Assembly: GCA_041560295.1 (NCBI GenBank)
Contig: JBFFBS010000002.1
Span: 1 to 51,209 of the forward strand
Direction of reading: 5' to 3'
Source: Syntrophobacteria bacterium
Lineage (GTDB): Bacteria; Desulfobacterota; Syntrophobacteria; BM002
Length of the DNA: 51,209 bases
The notes under the pieces were generated by a model. The model was not told the origin of the DNA and ran no database searches. It saw nothing but the letters and a program-made list of their open reading frames with translations. Below, one piece after another: positions 35,926 to 43,510 of the stretch (its first letter is position 1; every line of letters starts with the position of its first letter). A program made the position numbers and the translations under genes.

Positions 35926-36486
35926 CTAGGACACACGAAGCACGTTCTCCAACTCCTTGATGACGACCCGCTCCGACGGAGACACCTTTGAGATCACCCC
36001 CAGGAAGCCACCGGATGCCTCAGCCACGGCCAAGGCCCAATCGAGCGTCCTTTCCCGCATTCGCTGACGCTCCTCGTCGGTGAAGGTTTCCCAAATACCT
36101 CGGACGTACTGCTTCCAACTGTCGAACAACTCCCGCTCGGGCCGGCGGGAAAGCCACGTTTCCAGCAGCTGGTGTCCTGCGGTTTCCGGGGATACACCCT
36201 TTTCCTCGGCGGCCTTTATGATGGCGTCGCGCTCGCGACCGTCTAAAGTGCCGTCGGCCCAGGCCACCGCTATCAGCGGCACGAGTGTCAAGGCCAGGAC
36301 CGTCTCGGGACCGATGCCCAGTTCGATCAACCGGTCGAGAAATGTTTCATCCTCGACCTTAACCATCTCACGGAGCGCCTCGCGTGTCTGTTTCTCCTTC
36401 AGCTGGTCGAGTAGTCGAGCGTTCTCTTTGGTGAAGAAGGCGTCCTCCAACGTTCGGGCGTCAGCAAAAATACTCTTCTTTTTCAA
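35926..36486 (-). CDS. TerB-like (tellurite-resistance TerB / DjlA-N type) domain protein
   Basis: LIAVAWADGTLDGRERDAIIKAAEEKG is typical of TerB-like helical domains. TTG start 36486 with an AGGAGGG SD. GC visibly higher than in the neighbours. Confidence 0.5.
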   Translation of the reverse strand: MKKKSIFADARTLEDAFFTKENARLLDQLKEKQTREALREMVKVEDETFLDRLIELGIGPETVLALTLVPLIAVAWADGTLDGRERDAIIKAAEEKGVSPETAGHQLLETWLSRRPERELFDSWKQYVRGIWETFTDEERQRMRERTLDWALAVAEASGGFLGVISKVSPSERVVIKELENVLRVS

Positions 36487-36737
36487 CGTCTTTCCCTCCT
36501 CATAAAAGGCGTCACTCCAGTGAAGAACTAGTTTTCAATAGGGGCGAAGTATAGAATGAGAGAGCTTTTTATGTCAATCGTTGATAACGGCAATACACAG
36601 TGGCTCGGTTGCTTGCGGTAGCCTCAAGAGCGGGGATACTGGACGATGATAAATGAATCCAAACCCCATACACCAGTCGAGAACTTCGCATAGCATCGAG
36701 AAATGTGCAATTGCCCAGGGTTTCAATCTGACTTAAT

Positions 36738-36845
36738 ATTACATCCCTTAATTCATACTATTTCTTTTTAAACTCTTTACTAGGTGTGGGAGGCGGGTCT
36801 CAAAGGGCAAACTGTGAACTAAAGTATGTAATCTTCACTCAGACC
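36738..36845. repeat. Family H copy 3 (shorter, no terminator hairpin)
   Basis: TTACATCCCTTAATTCATACTAT ... GGTCTCAAAGGGCAAACTGTGAACTAAAGTATGTAATCTTCAC. Confidence 0.8.
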
Positions 36846-36904
36846 AAAAATTCAACGAAACTGTTCTTGTGGCGGCGTAGCTTTAGCGAAGCCGTATGTC
36901 CTGC

Positions 36905-36982
36905 TTGTCTTACCATCTTGTCTCGCCGAAGTCTTCAACGTAGGCGGAAGTCACGCCTTAACGTGACGACGGCTGATCCGAC
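36905..36982 (+). repeat. ~75-bp dispersed element family I, copy 1
   Basis: GCTTGTCTTACCATCTTGTCTCGCCGAAGTCTTCAACGTAGGCGGAAGTCACGCCTTAACGTGACGACGGCTGATCC. Second copy at 43424-43500. Confidence 0.9.
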
Positions 36983-37001
36983 TGCAGCGAGTGGTTAGGG
37001 C

Positions 37002-37283
37002 TCACCTACAACGTTTCTTAAACACAAGTCTAATTGCTATGTATGGGAAAAGGAACAGAACGAATACCGTCGCCTTGGTCATGAGCCCTCCAGCATAGTT
37101 AATGACGTAAAACTGCTATCGGGAAATTGGAGCAATCTTGGCGTGAACACTGTATGCAAGATCCCCTGCGAGCATAAGCGCACCCAACCAGAAGAAGAGC
37201 ACTGATGCGCCCATGACAAAACACCTGATTAGAACTTGTCCTGTCACTTCCAGCATTTCATTCGCATTGTTCGAATCGTGCAT
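37002..37283 (-). pseudogene. Small two-TM membrane protein gene interrupted by an in-frame TAG (or two tiny ORFs)
   Basis: AGGAGG SD. MHDSNNANEMLEVTGQVLIRCFVMGASVLFFWLGALMLAGDLAYSVHAKIAPISR-TAG(37116-37118)-QFYVINYAGGLMTKATVFVLFLFPYIAIRLVFKKRCR. Confidence 0.4.
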
Positions 37284-37471
37284 GTGTTACCTCCTGTCAG
37301 CAGCCCATCGAACCATAAATAAACGTCTCAAACATTTGCAAAATGCTTCCTCCTCATCTCCTCCCCCTCTCCCTTCTCCGTGCAGGCCCTCTGCCCCCTA
37401 TCTGAACTGTAGAGGGTTATATTCCACTAGATTTGGCCAGATTTTTACATTCGGAACGTGAAATATGCGGG

Positions 37472-37864
37472 CTACTCTTGAACGAGAAGCTTCACATTAT
37501 GGAGAAGTTCTTCTGGCTCGATGGGCTTTTCCATGAAGATATCTGCATGGATCCAGTCCAGGTCTTCATCTAGCGTTCGGCCATAGCCCTTTTCCACCGG
37601 CGGCCTAGCAGAAACGATGAGTATAGGCACTCCGAAAGCGCCGTCGTTCCTTTTGACTTCGGTTGCAAAGTTTAGCCCCTCATCCATGGTTTCCATCATT
37701 ATGTCCAGGATGAGTAGATCCGGTCGCATGTCAACAAATAGCTGGTGGCCTTTGCGTGTATCCAGGGCAGTAAAAACCCGATAGCCGTCCTGCGAGAGAA
37801 TTTCGCTCATCGCATTACAAATTTCCGGATCATCATCGATGATTACAATGCTTTTTGCACTCAT
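37472..37864 (-). CDS. Stand-alone response-regulator receiver (CheY-like) protein
   Basis: IVIIDDDPE, phospho-acceptor context LLILDIMM, PILIVSA, and K in FMEKP. AAGGAGGG SD. Confidence 0.85.
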   Translation of the reverse strand: MSAKSIVIIDDDPEICNAMSEILSQDGYRVFTALDTRKGHQLFVDMRPDLLILDIMMETMDEGLNFATEVKRNDGAFGVPILIVSARPPVEKGYGRTLDEDLDWIHADIFMEKPIEPEELLHNVKLLVQE

Positions 37865-38080
37865 GGATGGATCCCTCCTTGCCCAAGTTCAGGGCTACTA
37901 ATGGTTCTCTTCCAAAAGTTTCGTATGGGCTAAGACAAATGGGGGATGCTGGGGCAAGAGCTAAGCCCCCAAGGATAGGAAAACCGAACAGCGCAGTGTT
38001 TTCACGGTAACATACGTAAGGTGGTCTCTGTCAAGCTAAAAAACCATGATCTTGGTAGGAAATAACACACTTAAGGGGGA

Positions 38081-38277
38081 GTGAGCGGTGAGCGGTAAGC
38101 AGTGAGTGGTGAACCGTTGAAGCTGTTGAAACCGGTAAAGTCGTTAAACTCGTGTTTTCCAGGTTATAGGTCATGGGTTATAGGTGATAGGTTTTTACCC
38201 ATAACCCATGACCCATCACCAATAACCTAGAATCCTTTCTCGCCTTTCTCGCCAGCGAACGTAGTGAGCTCCATGCC
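38081..38277 (+). repeat. Modular repeat block containing palindrome family B copy 2
   Basis: GTGAGCG x5, GAAGCTGTT/AAAGTCGTT units, CAGGTTATAGGTCATGGGTTATAGGTGATAGGTTTTTACCCATAACCCATGACCCATCACCAATAACCTAG (38160-38230), CCTTTCTCG x2, ACGTAGTGAGCTCC. Confidence 0.95.
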
Positions 38278-38315
38278 ACTACATCTTGGGCAGTTTCAAG
38301 CGTATATACATCATT

Positions 38316-38331
38316 TGGCATAATAATTGCT
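38316..38331 (+). promoter_or_regulatory. Candidate sigma54 (-24/-12) promoter
   Basis: TGGCATAATAATTGCT against consensus TGGCAC-N5-TTGCW. GG and GC are correctly spaced, 76 nt upstream of ATG 38407. Confidence 0.4.
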
Positions 38332-38406
38332 GCCTCTTATATGAAACGTTTCAAGATCGCGCAAGTAGGTATTAGGCATTGTTGCCTGACTTGCCACGAG
38401 TGAGCA

Positions 38407-38652
38407 ATGAATACCTCGCGCAAAACAAAAGCAAGCGAAGCCCGTCTTTCCGGGGGAGAGATACGGATTGAAATTGGTCTTCGACTATACGAACTGTTCT
38501 GTGCTGATTGTAATCGAGTTTTGATAGAAGAAGATCCGCATCTTATGAGGTTGCAGTGCACAGAGTGCAAGCGGATTTACGCTTACAGGCTTCACCCCGA
38601 GGAAGAAGAATACATTTTTCAAGCGTCCGGGCGAAAGGTGTCAATCCAATGA
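38407..38652 (+). CDS. Zinc-ribbon hypothetical protein (81 aa)
   Basis: CADCNRV...CTECKRIY (CxxC-N17-CxxC). Its stop overlaps the next start (ATGA). Confidence 0.45.
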   Translation: MNTSRKTKASEARLSGGEIRIEIGLRLYELFCADCNRVLIEEDPHLMRLQCTECKRIYAYRLHPEEEEYIFQASGRKVSIQ

Positions 38653-38963
38653 AACCGGGAATAATGGATTTATCCAAGTGGGTTGAAAAAACAGCTCAGG
38701 CCGTCCGGCGCATTTGCAGCAAGAAGCAAGCGCCCTGTGTTGGCTTCAGTTTAATCTTTTTCGACCCGATGGCCGAACCGGAAGAGCGCTGGAATTATGT
38801 CATCGAACTGGCCTTCGATCCCAACAATCCCCCAACCCAGGAAGAGCGAAATCAGTTACAGAATGCCTTTGAGTTTATCAGCGAAGGTGTCCGTCGGATC
38901 ATGGACGATAAAACCGGATGTAACGAGGTTGAGGATTACACCCGGGAAGTACCATGGCATTGA
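38649..38963 (+). CDS. Hypothetical protein (104 aa)
   Basis: ATG 38649 overlaps the upstream TGA, which suggests translational coupling. No domain recognised. Confidence 0.45.
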   Translation: MKPGIMDLSKWVEKTAQAVRRICSKKQAPCVGFSLIFFDPMAEPEERWNYVIELAFDPNNPPTQEERNQLQNAFEFISEGVRRIMDDKTGCNEVEDYTREVPWH

Positions 38964-38968
38964 AAGTC

Positions 38969-39225
38969 TAGTAAGCAGTGAGCGGTAAGCGGTAAAAAAA
39001 GAATCCAGGAGTCAGGAGAGAGGAGTTAGGAGTTAGAATTGAGGTTTCAGGTGTCAGTAGTAAAAGGTAAATTTTTATCTAGCATCGAGTATCCAGTATC
39101 CAGCATCGGGCTCTTAAATCCGCAATCCACAATCCGAAATTTTGTCCTCTGCCTGCCTGTCCCGAGCTGGTCGCGGAGCTGCTAGCTGTCCGCTGCCAGC
39201 TGTCTTTCCCCATGCTCCATGCCTT
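38969..39225 (+). repeat. Composite repeat family A, copy 3
   Basis: Near-identical to 13861-14172 except for a 14-nt (2-unit) deletion in the CAGGTGT array and a 7-nt insertion in the AATCCGC array. It ends with GCTGCC units and CCATGCT x2. Confidence 0.95.
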
Positions 39226-39227
39226 CC

Positions 39228-39566
39228 TCAATACCAAACAGAAACAGTCACAACGAAATGGAGGATAAAAATGGCCATCTGCAGCCAGAGATAGCTCGCT
39301 TTTTTACGACGCAGAGAAAGATAAATCGGTATGGTAAGGACGTAAAAATAAATGATTAACGTTAGGGAGACAAAATAATGTGAATAAACAGGGCGACCAT
39401 GTATCAGGTTTGATAGATAAAAATATAGAAAACTTGGTAGATCTAAAAAGTAAATTTTTAGAGATCTACTCACTGAACCCATTGAGAAATAGGTAAAAAC
39501 ATATAATCCTATGGTGGACGTATATACTGAGAAAAAATGTATGAGAAATGCTTTCCTTCGGCTCAT
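39228..39566 (-). CDS. AT-rich multi-TM membrane protein (112 aa)
   Basis: Hydrophobic throughout (three or four TM). Noticeably more AT-rich than the surroundings. No family recognised. Confidence 0.4.
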   Translation of the reverse strand: MSRRKAFLIHFFSVYTSTIGLYVFTYFSMGSVSRSLKIYFLDLPSFLYFYLSNLIHGRPVYSHYFVSLTLIIYFYVLTIPIYLSLRRKKASYLWLQMAIFILHFVVTVSVWY

Positions 39567-39633
39567 AATCTTCTGTCTGTTATCAATCCCCTTTTACTAG
39601 TGCGGGCTAGGGCTCCCCTTTTCTCTCTTTGCT

Positions 39634-39672
39634 AAAATCCGCAATCCGAGCTCCGCAATCTGCAATCCACAC
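39634..39672 (+). repeat. AATCCGC-type heptamer array
   Basis: AAATCCGCAATCCGAGCTCCGCAATCTGCAATCCACAC. Confidence 0.9.
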
Positions 39673-39765
39673 TCTGGGCATATCTTTTGCAAATGTTTAG
39701 CTATTGTTATCATCACCCTTTTTTCTCGGGAGATCTAACAGGAGCATGGAAAGGGGTATTAAGCA

Positions 39766-40074
39766 ATGTACATCAGCAGACGAATAAACCGCATACTTAT
39801 TGTGCCTGCTGTTCTCGCAATGATTCCCAGCTTCCCAATCGGAGAGATTGTCTACAAAGAGATGTTTCGAACCGCAGTCTATGCCAAGGATTTTGAGTTG
39901 TACTCTTATCCACCAGACTGGCAATGCCAACTAGCAGGCGCAGCTACGGCCTTGATTGCCTTTGCCGTTGTTTTCTTTGCTTTGCGTGGGATTCTGAAGT
40001 TAGCCCTGTTTTTGTCCAGTCGCTTAAAGTCCAACCAGGTCAAACCCAGCGAGTATCCCAGTTGGCCGAGTTGA
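39766..40074 (+). CDS. Membrane protein (102 aa)
   Basis: Two TM helices (ILIVPAVLAMIPSFPI; ATALIAFAVVFFALRGILKLALFL). Weak SD. Confidence 0.4.
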   Translation: MYISRRINRILIVPAVLAMIPSFPIGEIVYKEMFRTAVYAKDFELYSYPPDWQCQLAGAATALIAFAVVFFALRGILKLALFLSSRLKSNQVKPSEYPSWPS

Positions 40075-40180
40075 GAAAACCTTGGACAAATGACCTAATG
40101 ACGCTGAAGGCATATGACGCGAAGCTGGGTGAGAGCTGAGTTCTTCTGCTCCATGCTCTGTGCTTCTTTTTTTCTTATTG

Positions 40181-40555
40181 TTAAATGGGAGGAGCGACCT
40201 TTACATGAGTGGTTTTCTTATCCTCTTCCTGGGAGACGGCTTTAACTACCCAGGGAAGTAGATTGCCTTTCGAGTCATAGAAATCGAAAAATTTAACAAT
40301 TGTTTTTTTGGCATTTTCCAGAGCTTCTTCCGAATCCAGATCTTTACCCATACGAATATACTCGATTGGCGTAATGAATGGCTCTTCCATGCTAAAGCCA
40401 TACTTGACGCATCCCATATGTGCGCACTTCGCATGGAGCGGATGTTCTTGCTCGTAATACGTTCCCGTATCGGTAATATACGCTTCACGTACCTTGCAGT
40501 TATTACACCCTTCAATTTTGATGAAATAGGGTATTTCTTTCTTGTTGCTATCCAT
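40181..40555 (-). CDS. Hypothetical protein (124 aa)
   Basis: AAGGAG SD. Cys/His-containing N-terminal half (CNNC...HAKCAHMGC). No family recognised. Confidence 0.5.
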   Translation of the reverse strand: MDSNKKEIPYFIKIEGCNNCKVREAYITDTGTYYEQEHPLHAKCAHMGCVKYGFSMEEPFITPIEYIRMGKDLDSEEALENAKKTIVKFFDFYDSKGNLLPWVVKAVSQEEDKKTTHVKVAPPI

Positions 40556-40616
40556 CTGATCTCCTTGTTAAAGAAAAAAGGGACCACTCGCCCCTTCTAT
40601 CTTTTCTTTACTCCAA

Positions 40617-40686
40617 GCCCCATGCTCTCTTCTCTATGTTTTTTCAAATCCGAAATCCGAGATCCGCAATCTCCAATCTAAAATCT
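40617..40686 (+). repeat. Modular repeat block
   Basis: CCCATGCTCTCTTCTCTATG, then AAATCCGAAATCCGAGATCCGCAATCTCCAATCTAAAATC. Confidence 0.9.
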
Positions 40687-40760
40687 TTTTCTACCTCTTA
40701 CAACAAATGACAGCGGAGCGTCTTGACCTAATGCCGGCGCAGCCATATGACTCGACTCAC

Positions 40761-40815
40761 TGCTGCCTGCTGCTAGCTGTCTGCTGCCGCCTGTATTTCG
40801 CTATGCTCTATGCTA
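40761..40815 (+). repeat. Modular repeat block (GCTGCC and CTATGCT units), overlaps a stop codon
   Basis: TGCTGCCTGCTGCTAGCTGTCTGCTGCCGCC...CGCTATGCTCTATGCTAAT. Confidence 0.9.
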
Positions 40816-41119
40816 ATATCAAAGGGCTTAGCCCTTCAGGATTTATACCATCGCCAGTTACCAAAATCTCCTTCTCTCTATATATCTCAAGATATCCCTT
40901 GAGATTATATAATCTAAGACAAATGACGATATCCTCCAGTGCGTTATCACTGACAAATTCACTGGAAACAGCAATAGTATGTTTTGTTTCACCACTGGGT
41001 GCATCAACACGAAACACATGTCTGCTCGATTCGGAATCCCACGTGATCTCAATACCACATCCGGGCAACAACTCCTTGAGGTAGTTTTCGATCCCTAACA
41101 GTTTGTCCTTTTCCTCCAT
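40808..41119 (-). CDS. Hypothetical protein (103 aa)
   Basis: Start moved to ATG 41119 (GGAGGAGACTGG upstream). The longer ORF to 41233 translates the GGTACAG repeat array. Confidence 0.5.
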   Translation of the reverse strand: MEEKDKLLGIENYLKELLPGCGIEITWDSESSRHVFRVDAPSGETKHTIAVSSEFVSDNALEDIVICLRLYNLKGYLEIYREKEILVTGDGINPEGLSPLILA

Positions 41120-41136
41120 CCAGTCTCCTCCAAGAA

Positions 41137-41246
41137 TAAAGAATTCAGTAGTCAGTAGCAAGTAGTTTAGGTTCAAGGTACAAGGTTCAGGGTATAAGGT
41201 ACAGGGTACAGGGTACCTTACTCTATGCTCCATGCCCCATGCCCCT
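41137..41246 (+). repeat. Modular repeat block
   Basis: AAAGAATTCAGTAGTCAGTAGCAAGTAG, GGTTCAA/GGTACAA/GGTTCAG/GGTATAA/GGTACAG x7, CTCTATGCTCCATGCCCCATGCC. Confidence 0.95.
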
Positions 41247-41249
41247 TCC

Positions 41250-42212
41250 CTACACCGCTTCGATCGTTGAGGGCGGTTTCGGTGCTATGTTGTAGGTGAC
41301 GCTGACAATGCCAGGCACATCGCGGATAATCTCACTGGCGAGCTTTTCAAGGATCTCGAATGAGAGGTGAGTCGGTGTTGCCGTCCGCGCATCCACGCTT
41401 TCCCAGCAACGTACCTCAATTTGTTGGCCAAAATCGCGATTCCCGTCGCGCATGCCGGTCACGCGGTCTTTATGAAGGATCGCCATATACTGGAATGCAT
41501 CGGTAGCTTTCAGCAACTGCTCGACAATGACCGTTGCTTTGCGCACCGTCTCGATGCGTTCTGGAGTCACCGCACCTATCACGCGTGCGGCAAGGGCCGG
41601 TCCCGGAAAGGGGATGCGCTCGAACAGTTCGGCCGGAAGACCAAGAGCCTTACCAATTATTCTAACCCCATCCTTGCGAAGCTGAACGAGCGGCTCTATT
41701 ATGCGATAGCCGAAAGCTTCTTGCGGGTCGATCCCGAGTTGCTCGAACACATTGTGCTGCCGCTTTATCCCTGCAACGGTTTCGTCGACATCGGTCAGGA
41801 TAGTTCCCTGCAGTAGATACTTTGCTCCACTTTCCTTGACCATACGCCCGAACACGGTCCGGTAAAAAGTCTGGGTAATGGCCTCGCGCTTCTCTTCCGG
41901 ATCTGCGACTCCCTCCAGCGCAGAAAAAAACTCTTGGCGCGCATCGACCACGTCCACCTCGACACCGAACTCTTGGAAAAGGCCCACGACTTGCTCGGCC
42001 TCTCCCTCACGCATTAGGCCGTTTTCAACAAAAACTGTCTTGAGGCTCTTGCCCAGGGCTCGATGCCCAAGCATGGTCACAGTGGATGAATCGACGCCTC
42101 CCGAGAGGGCATTTATCGCCATGCCGTCCCCAACGGTGTCCTGGATGTCCTTGATCTTCTCATTGATAAACTGCTCGGGATTGAGTTCCTGCGCCGTGAT
42201 CTCCTTAATCAT
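41250..42212 (-). CDS. guaA: GMP synthase ATP-pyrophosphatase subunit (PP-loop plus dimerisation domain, no fused GATase)
   Basis: ALSGGVDSS PP-loop, IEPL...LRKD, PFPGPALAARV, and C-terminal KPPSTIE. 320 aa. AAGGAG SD. Confidence 0.8.
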   Translation of the reverse strand: MIKEITAQELNPEQFINEKIKDIQDTVGDGMAINALSGGVDSSTVTMLGHRALGKSLKTVFVENGLMREGEAEQVVGLFQEFGVEVDVVDARQEFFSALEGVADPEEKREAITQTFYRTVFGRMVKESGAKYLLQGTILTDVDETVAGIKRQHNVFEQLGIDPQEAFGYRIIEPLVQLRKDGVRIIGKALGLPAELFERIPFPGPALAARVIGAVTPERIETVRKATVIVEQLLKATDAFQYMAILHKDRVTGMRDGNRDFGQQIEVRCWESVDARTATPTHLSFEILEKLASEIIRDVPGIVSVTYNIAPKPPSTIEAV

Positions 42213-42338
42213 GGGTCAAGCTCCTTTGTAATTAGGGTGTTTAGCAGAAAAGGTGGGGTCCTCGGCCAGCAAGGATTGTTATCTTTTATCACAGGCCCAA
42301 AAAATTTTCTAAGCGATTTTTTCGAAGGGGTCGAAGGA

Positions 42339-42529
42339 TGCTCTATGCTTTCCTATAACCCACATCTCATATCCCAAATCCCAATCACTAAGGTATCACT
42401 GTTCAGGTTTCAGCTTTTTTGTTTTTCTGCCCTGACACCCGACACCTGAAACCTTTGATTCTTCAATCTTCAATCTAAAATCTGCAATCTTCTCTATGCC
42501 CTGTGCCTTGAGCCCTGCGCCTTGCGCCT
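42339..42529 (+). repeat. Modular repeat block with T-loop hairpin
   Basis: CTCTATGC, CACATCTCATATCCCAAATCCCAATC, CAGGTTTCAG-CTTTTTTGTTTTTCTGCC-CTGACACCCGACACCTGAAACC (like 12484-12527), CTTCAATC units, AATCTGC, CTATGCC, GAGCCCT/GCGCCTT units. Confidence 0.95.
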
Positions 42530-42531
42530 AT

Positions 42532-43068
42532 TTAGAACAAATACCTTAACTCAAACATGTGAAGCTCCAAGCCTGGATTCCGATTATAGATGCTAGCGTT
42601 GGACATGTGCTGGAACCGATAGCCCACACCCAGATTATCACTGAGTTTGAAACTTATGCCCACATGACTAATAAATTGAATGGGCCCCCCAAAGTTTTCC
42701 TGGCCAAACTTATGCTCACTCAAAAGTGCAGCACTAATCCCTCCATCCAGCAAAATTCGATCTTGAACCATGCTCAGTGTAATACTCGGACCGGCTGAGC
42801 CTATGAAACCTGTATCCCCTCCACCCCTGAGAGCACCGGCCGAGAGGTTAATCCTCGTACTCAAAAACCAACCTGAAGTTAGTTCCCAACTCCATGGCAA
42901 TCCGTAGGTTGCAAGCAACTCATATTGCTCAAAGTCTTCCTCACTGTCTGTCGTAGATAGACCCGCTCGTAAACCAACCGCGATCCAGTCCGTTTCATTG
43001 GCGTTTCCCAGTTGGGGCCAGAAAAAGCTCAGCAATAGCAGTATCAGCCAGACGGCTTTAAATCGCAT
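42532..43068 (-). CDS. Outer-membrane acyloxyacyl hydrolase (lipid A deacylase PagL-like)
   Basis: Signal peptide MRFKAVWLILLLLSFFWPQLGNA. C-terminal FQHMSNASIYNRNPGLE...ELRYLF is the PagL-type His/Ser context in a beta-barrel. ATG 43068 with an AAGGA SD. Confidence 0.65.
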   Translation of the reverse strand: MRFKAVWLILLLLSFFWPQLGNANETDWIAVGLRAGLSTTDSEEDFEQYELLATYGLPWSWELTSGWFLSTRINLSAGALRGGGDTGFIGSAGPSITLSMVQDRILLDGGISAALLSEHKFGQENFGGPIQFISHVGISFKLSDNLGVGYRFQHMSNASIYNRNPGLELHMFELRYLF

Positions 43069-43160
43069 GGTGTCCTTGTACTTGTATGAAGTGAAAGACA
43101 AGTTTATTACAACGGTGGGTTATATGCCAGGGGAGGTAATGCCGAAATGAAGGAATCTAG

Positions 43161-43414
43161 TCGTAAACGGTAAACGGTGAACGGAAAACCGTTAAAATCG
43201 TTGAAGTCGTTCAAATCGTTAAACTCCTGTTTTCCAGGTTATAGGTCGTGGGTTATAGGTGATAGGTTGTTACCCATAACCCATTACCAATCACCAATAA
43301 CCTAAGAATCCTTTCTCGACAGTCTTGCTTTTCGCGCTTGTCCTGAGCTTGCCTGCCCTGAGCCTGCCGAATGGGTCGAAGGGCCTTTCTCGCAAGCTTA
43401 CGCAGTGAGCTCCC
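43161..43414 (+). repeat. Modular repeat block containing palindrome family B copy 3
   Basis: GTAAACG/GTGAACG, GAAGTCGTT 9-mers, CAGGTTATAGGTCGTGGGTTATAGGTGATAGGTTGTTACCCATAACCCATTACCAATCACCAATAACCTAAG (43235-43305), CCTTTCTCG, GAGCTTGCCTGCCCTGAGCCTGCC, ACGCAGTGAGCTCC. Confidence 0.95.
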
Positions 43415-43423
43415 TTACGCTTT

Positions 43424-43500
43424 GCTTGTCGCGCCATCTTGTCTCGCCGAAGTCTTTGACGTAGGCGGAAGTCACGCCTCGGCGTGACGACGGCGGATGC
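43424..43500 (+). repeat. ~75-bp dispersed element family I, copy 2
   Basis: GCTTGTCGCGCCATCTTGTCTCGCCGAAGTCTTTGACGTAGGCGGAAGTCACGCCTCGGCGTGACGACGGCGGATGC, immediately 3' of the helicase stop. Confidence 0.9.
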
Positions 43501-43510
43501 CTTATGCCTC

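Noticed and set aside
37116-37118. Pyrrolysine decoding of the in-frame TAG
   Set aside because: There are no pyl genes or methylamine methyltransferase context in the window. A small membrane protein is not a known Pyl protein. A pseudogene or two small ORFs are simpler explanations.
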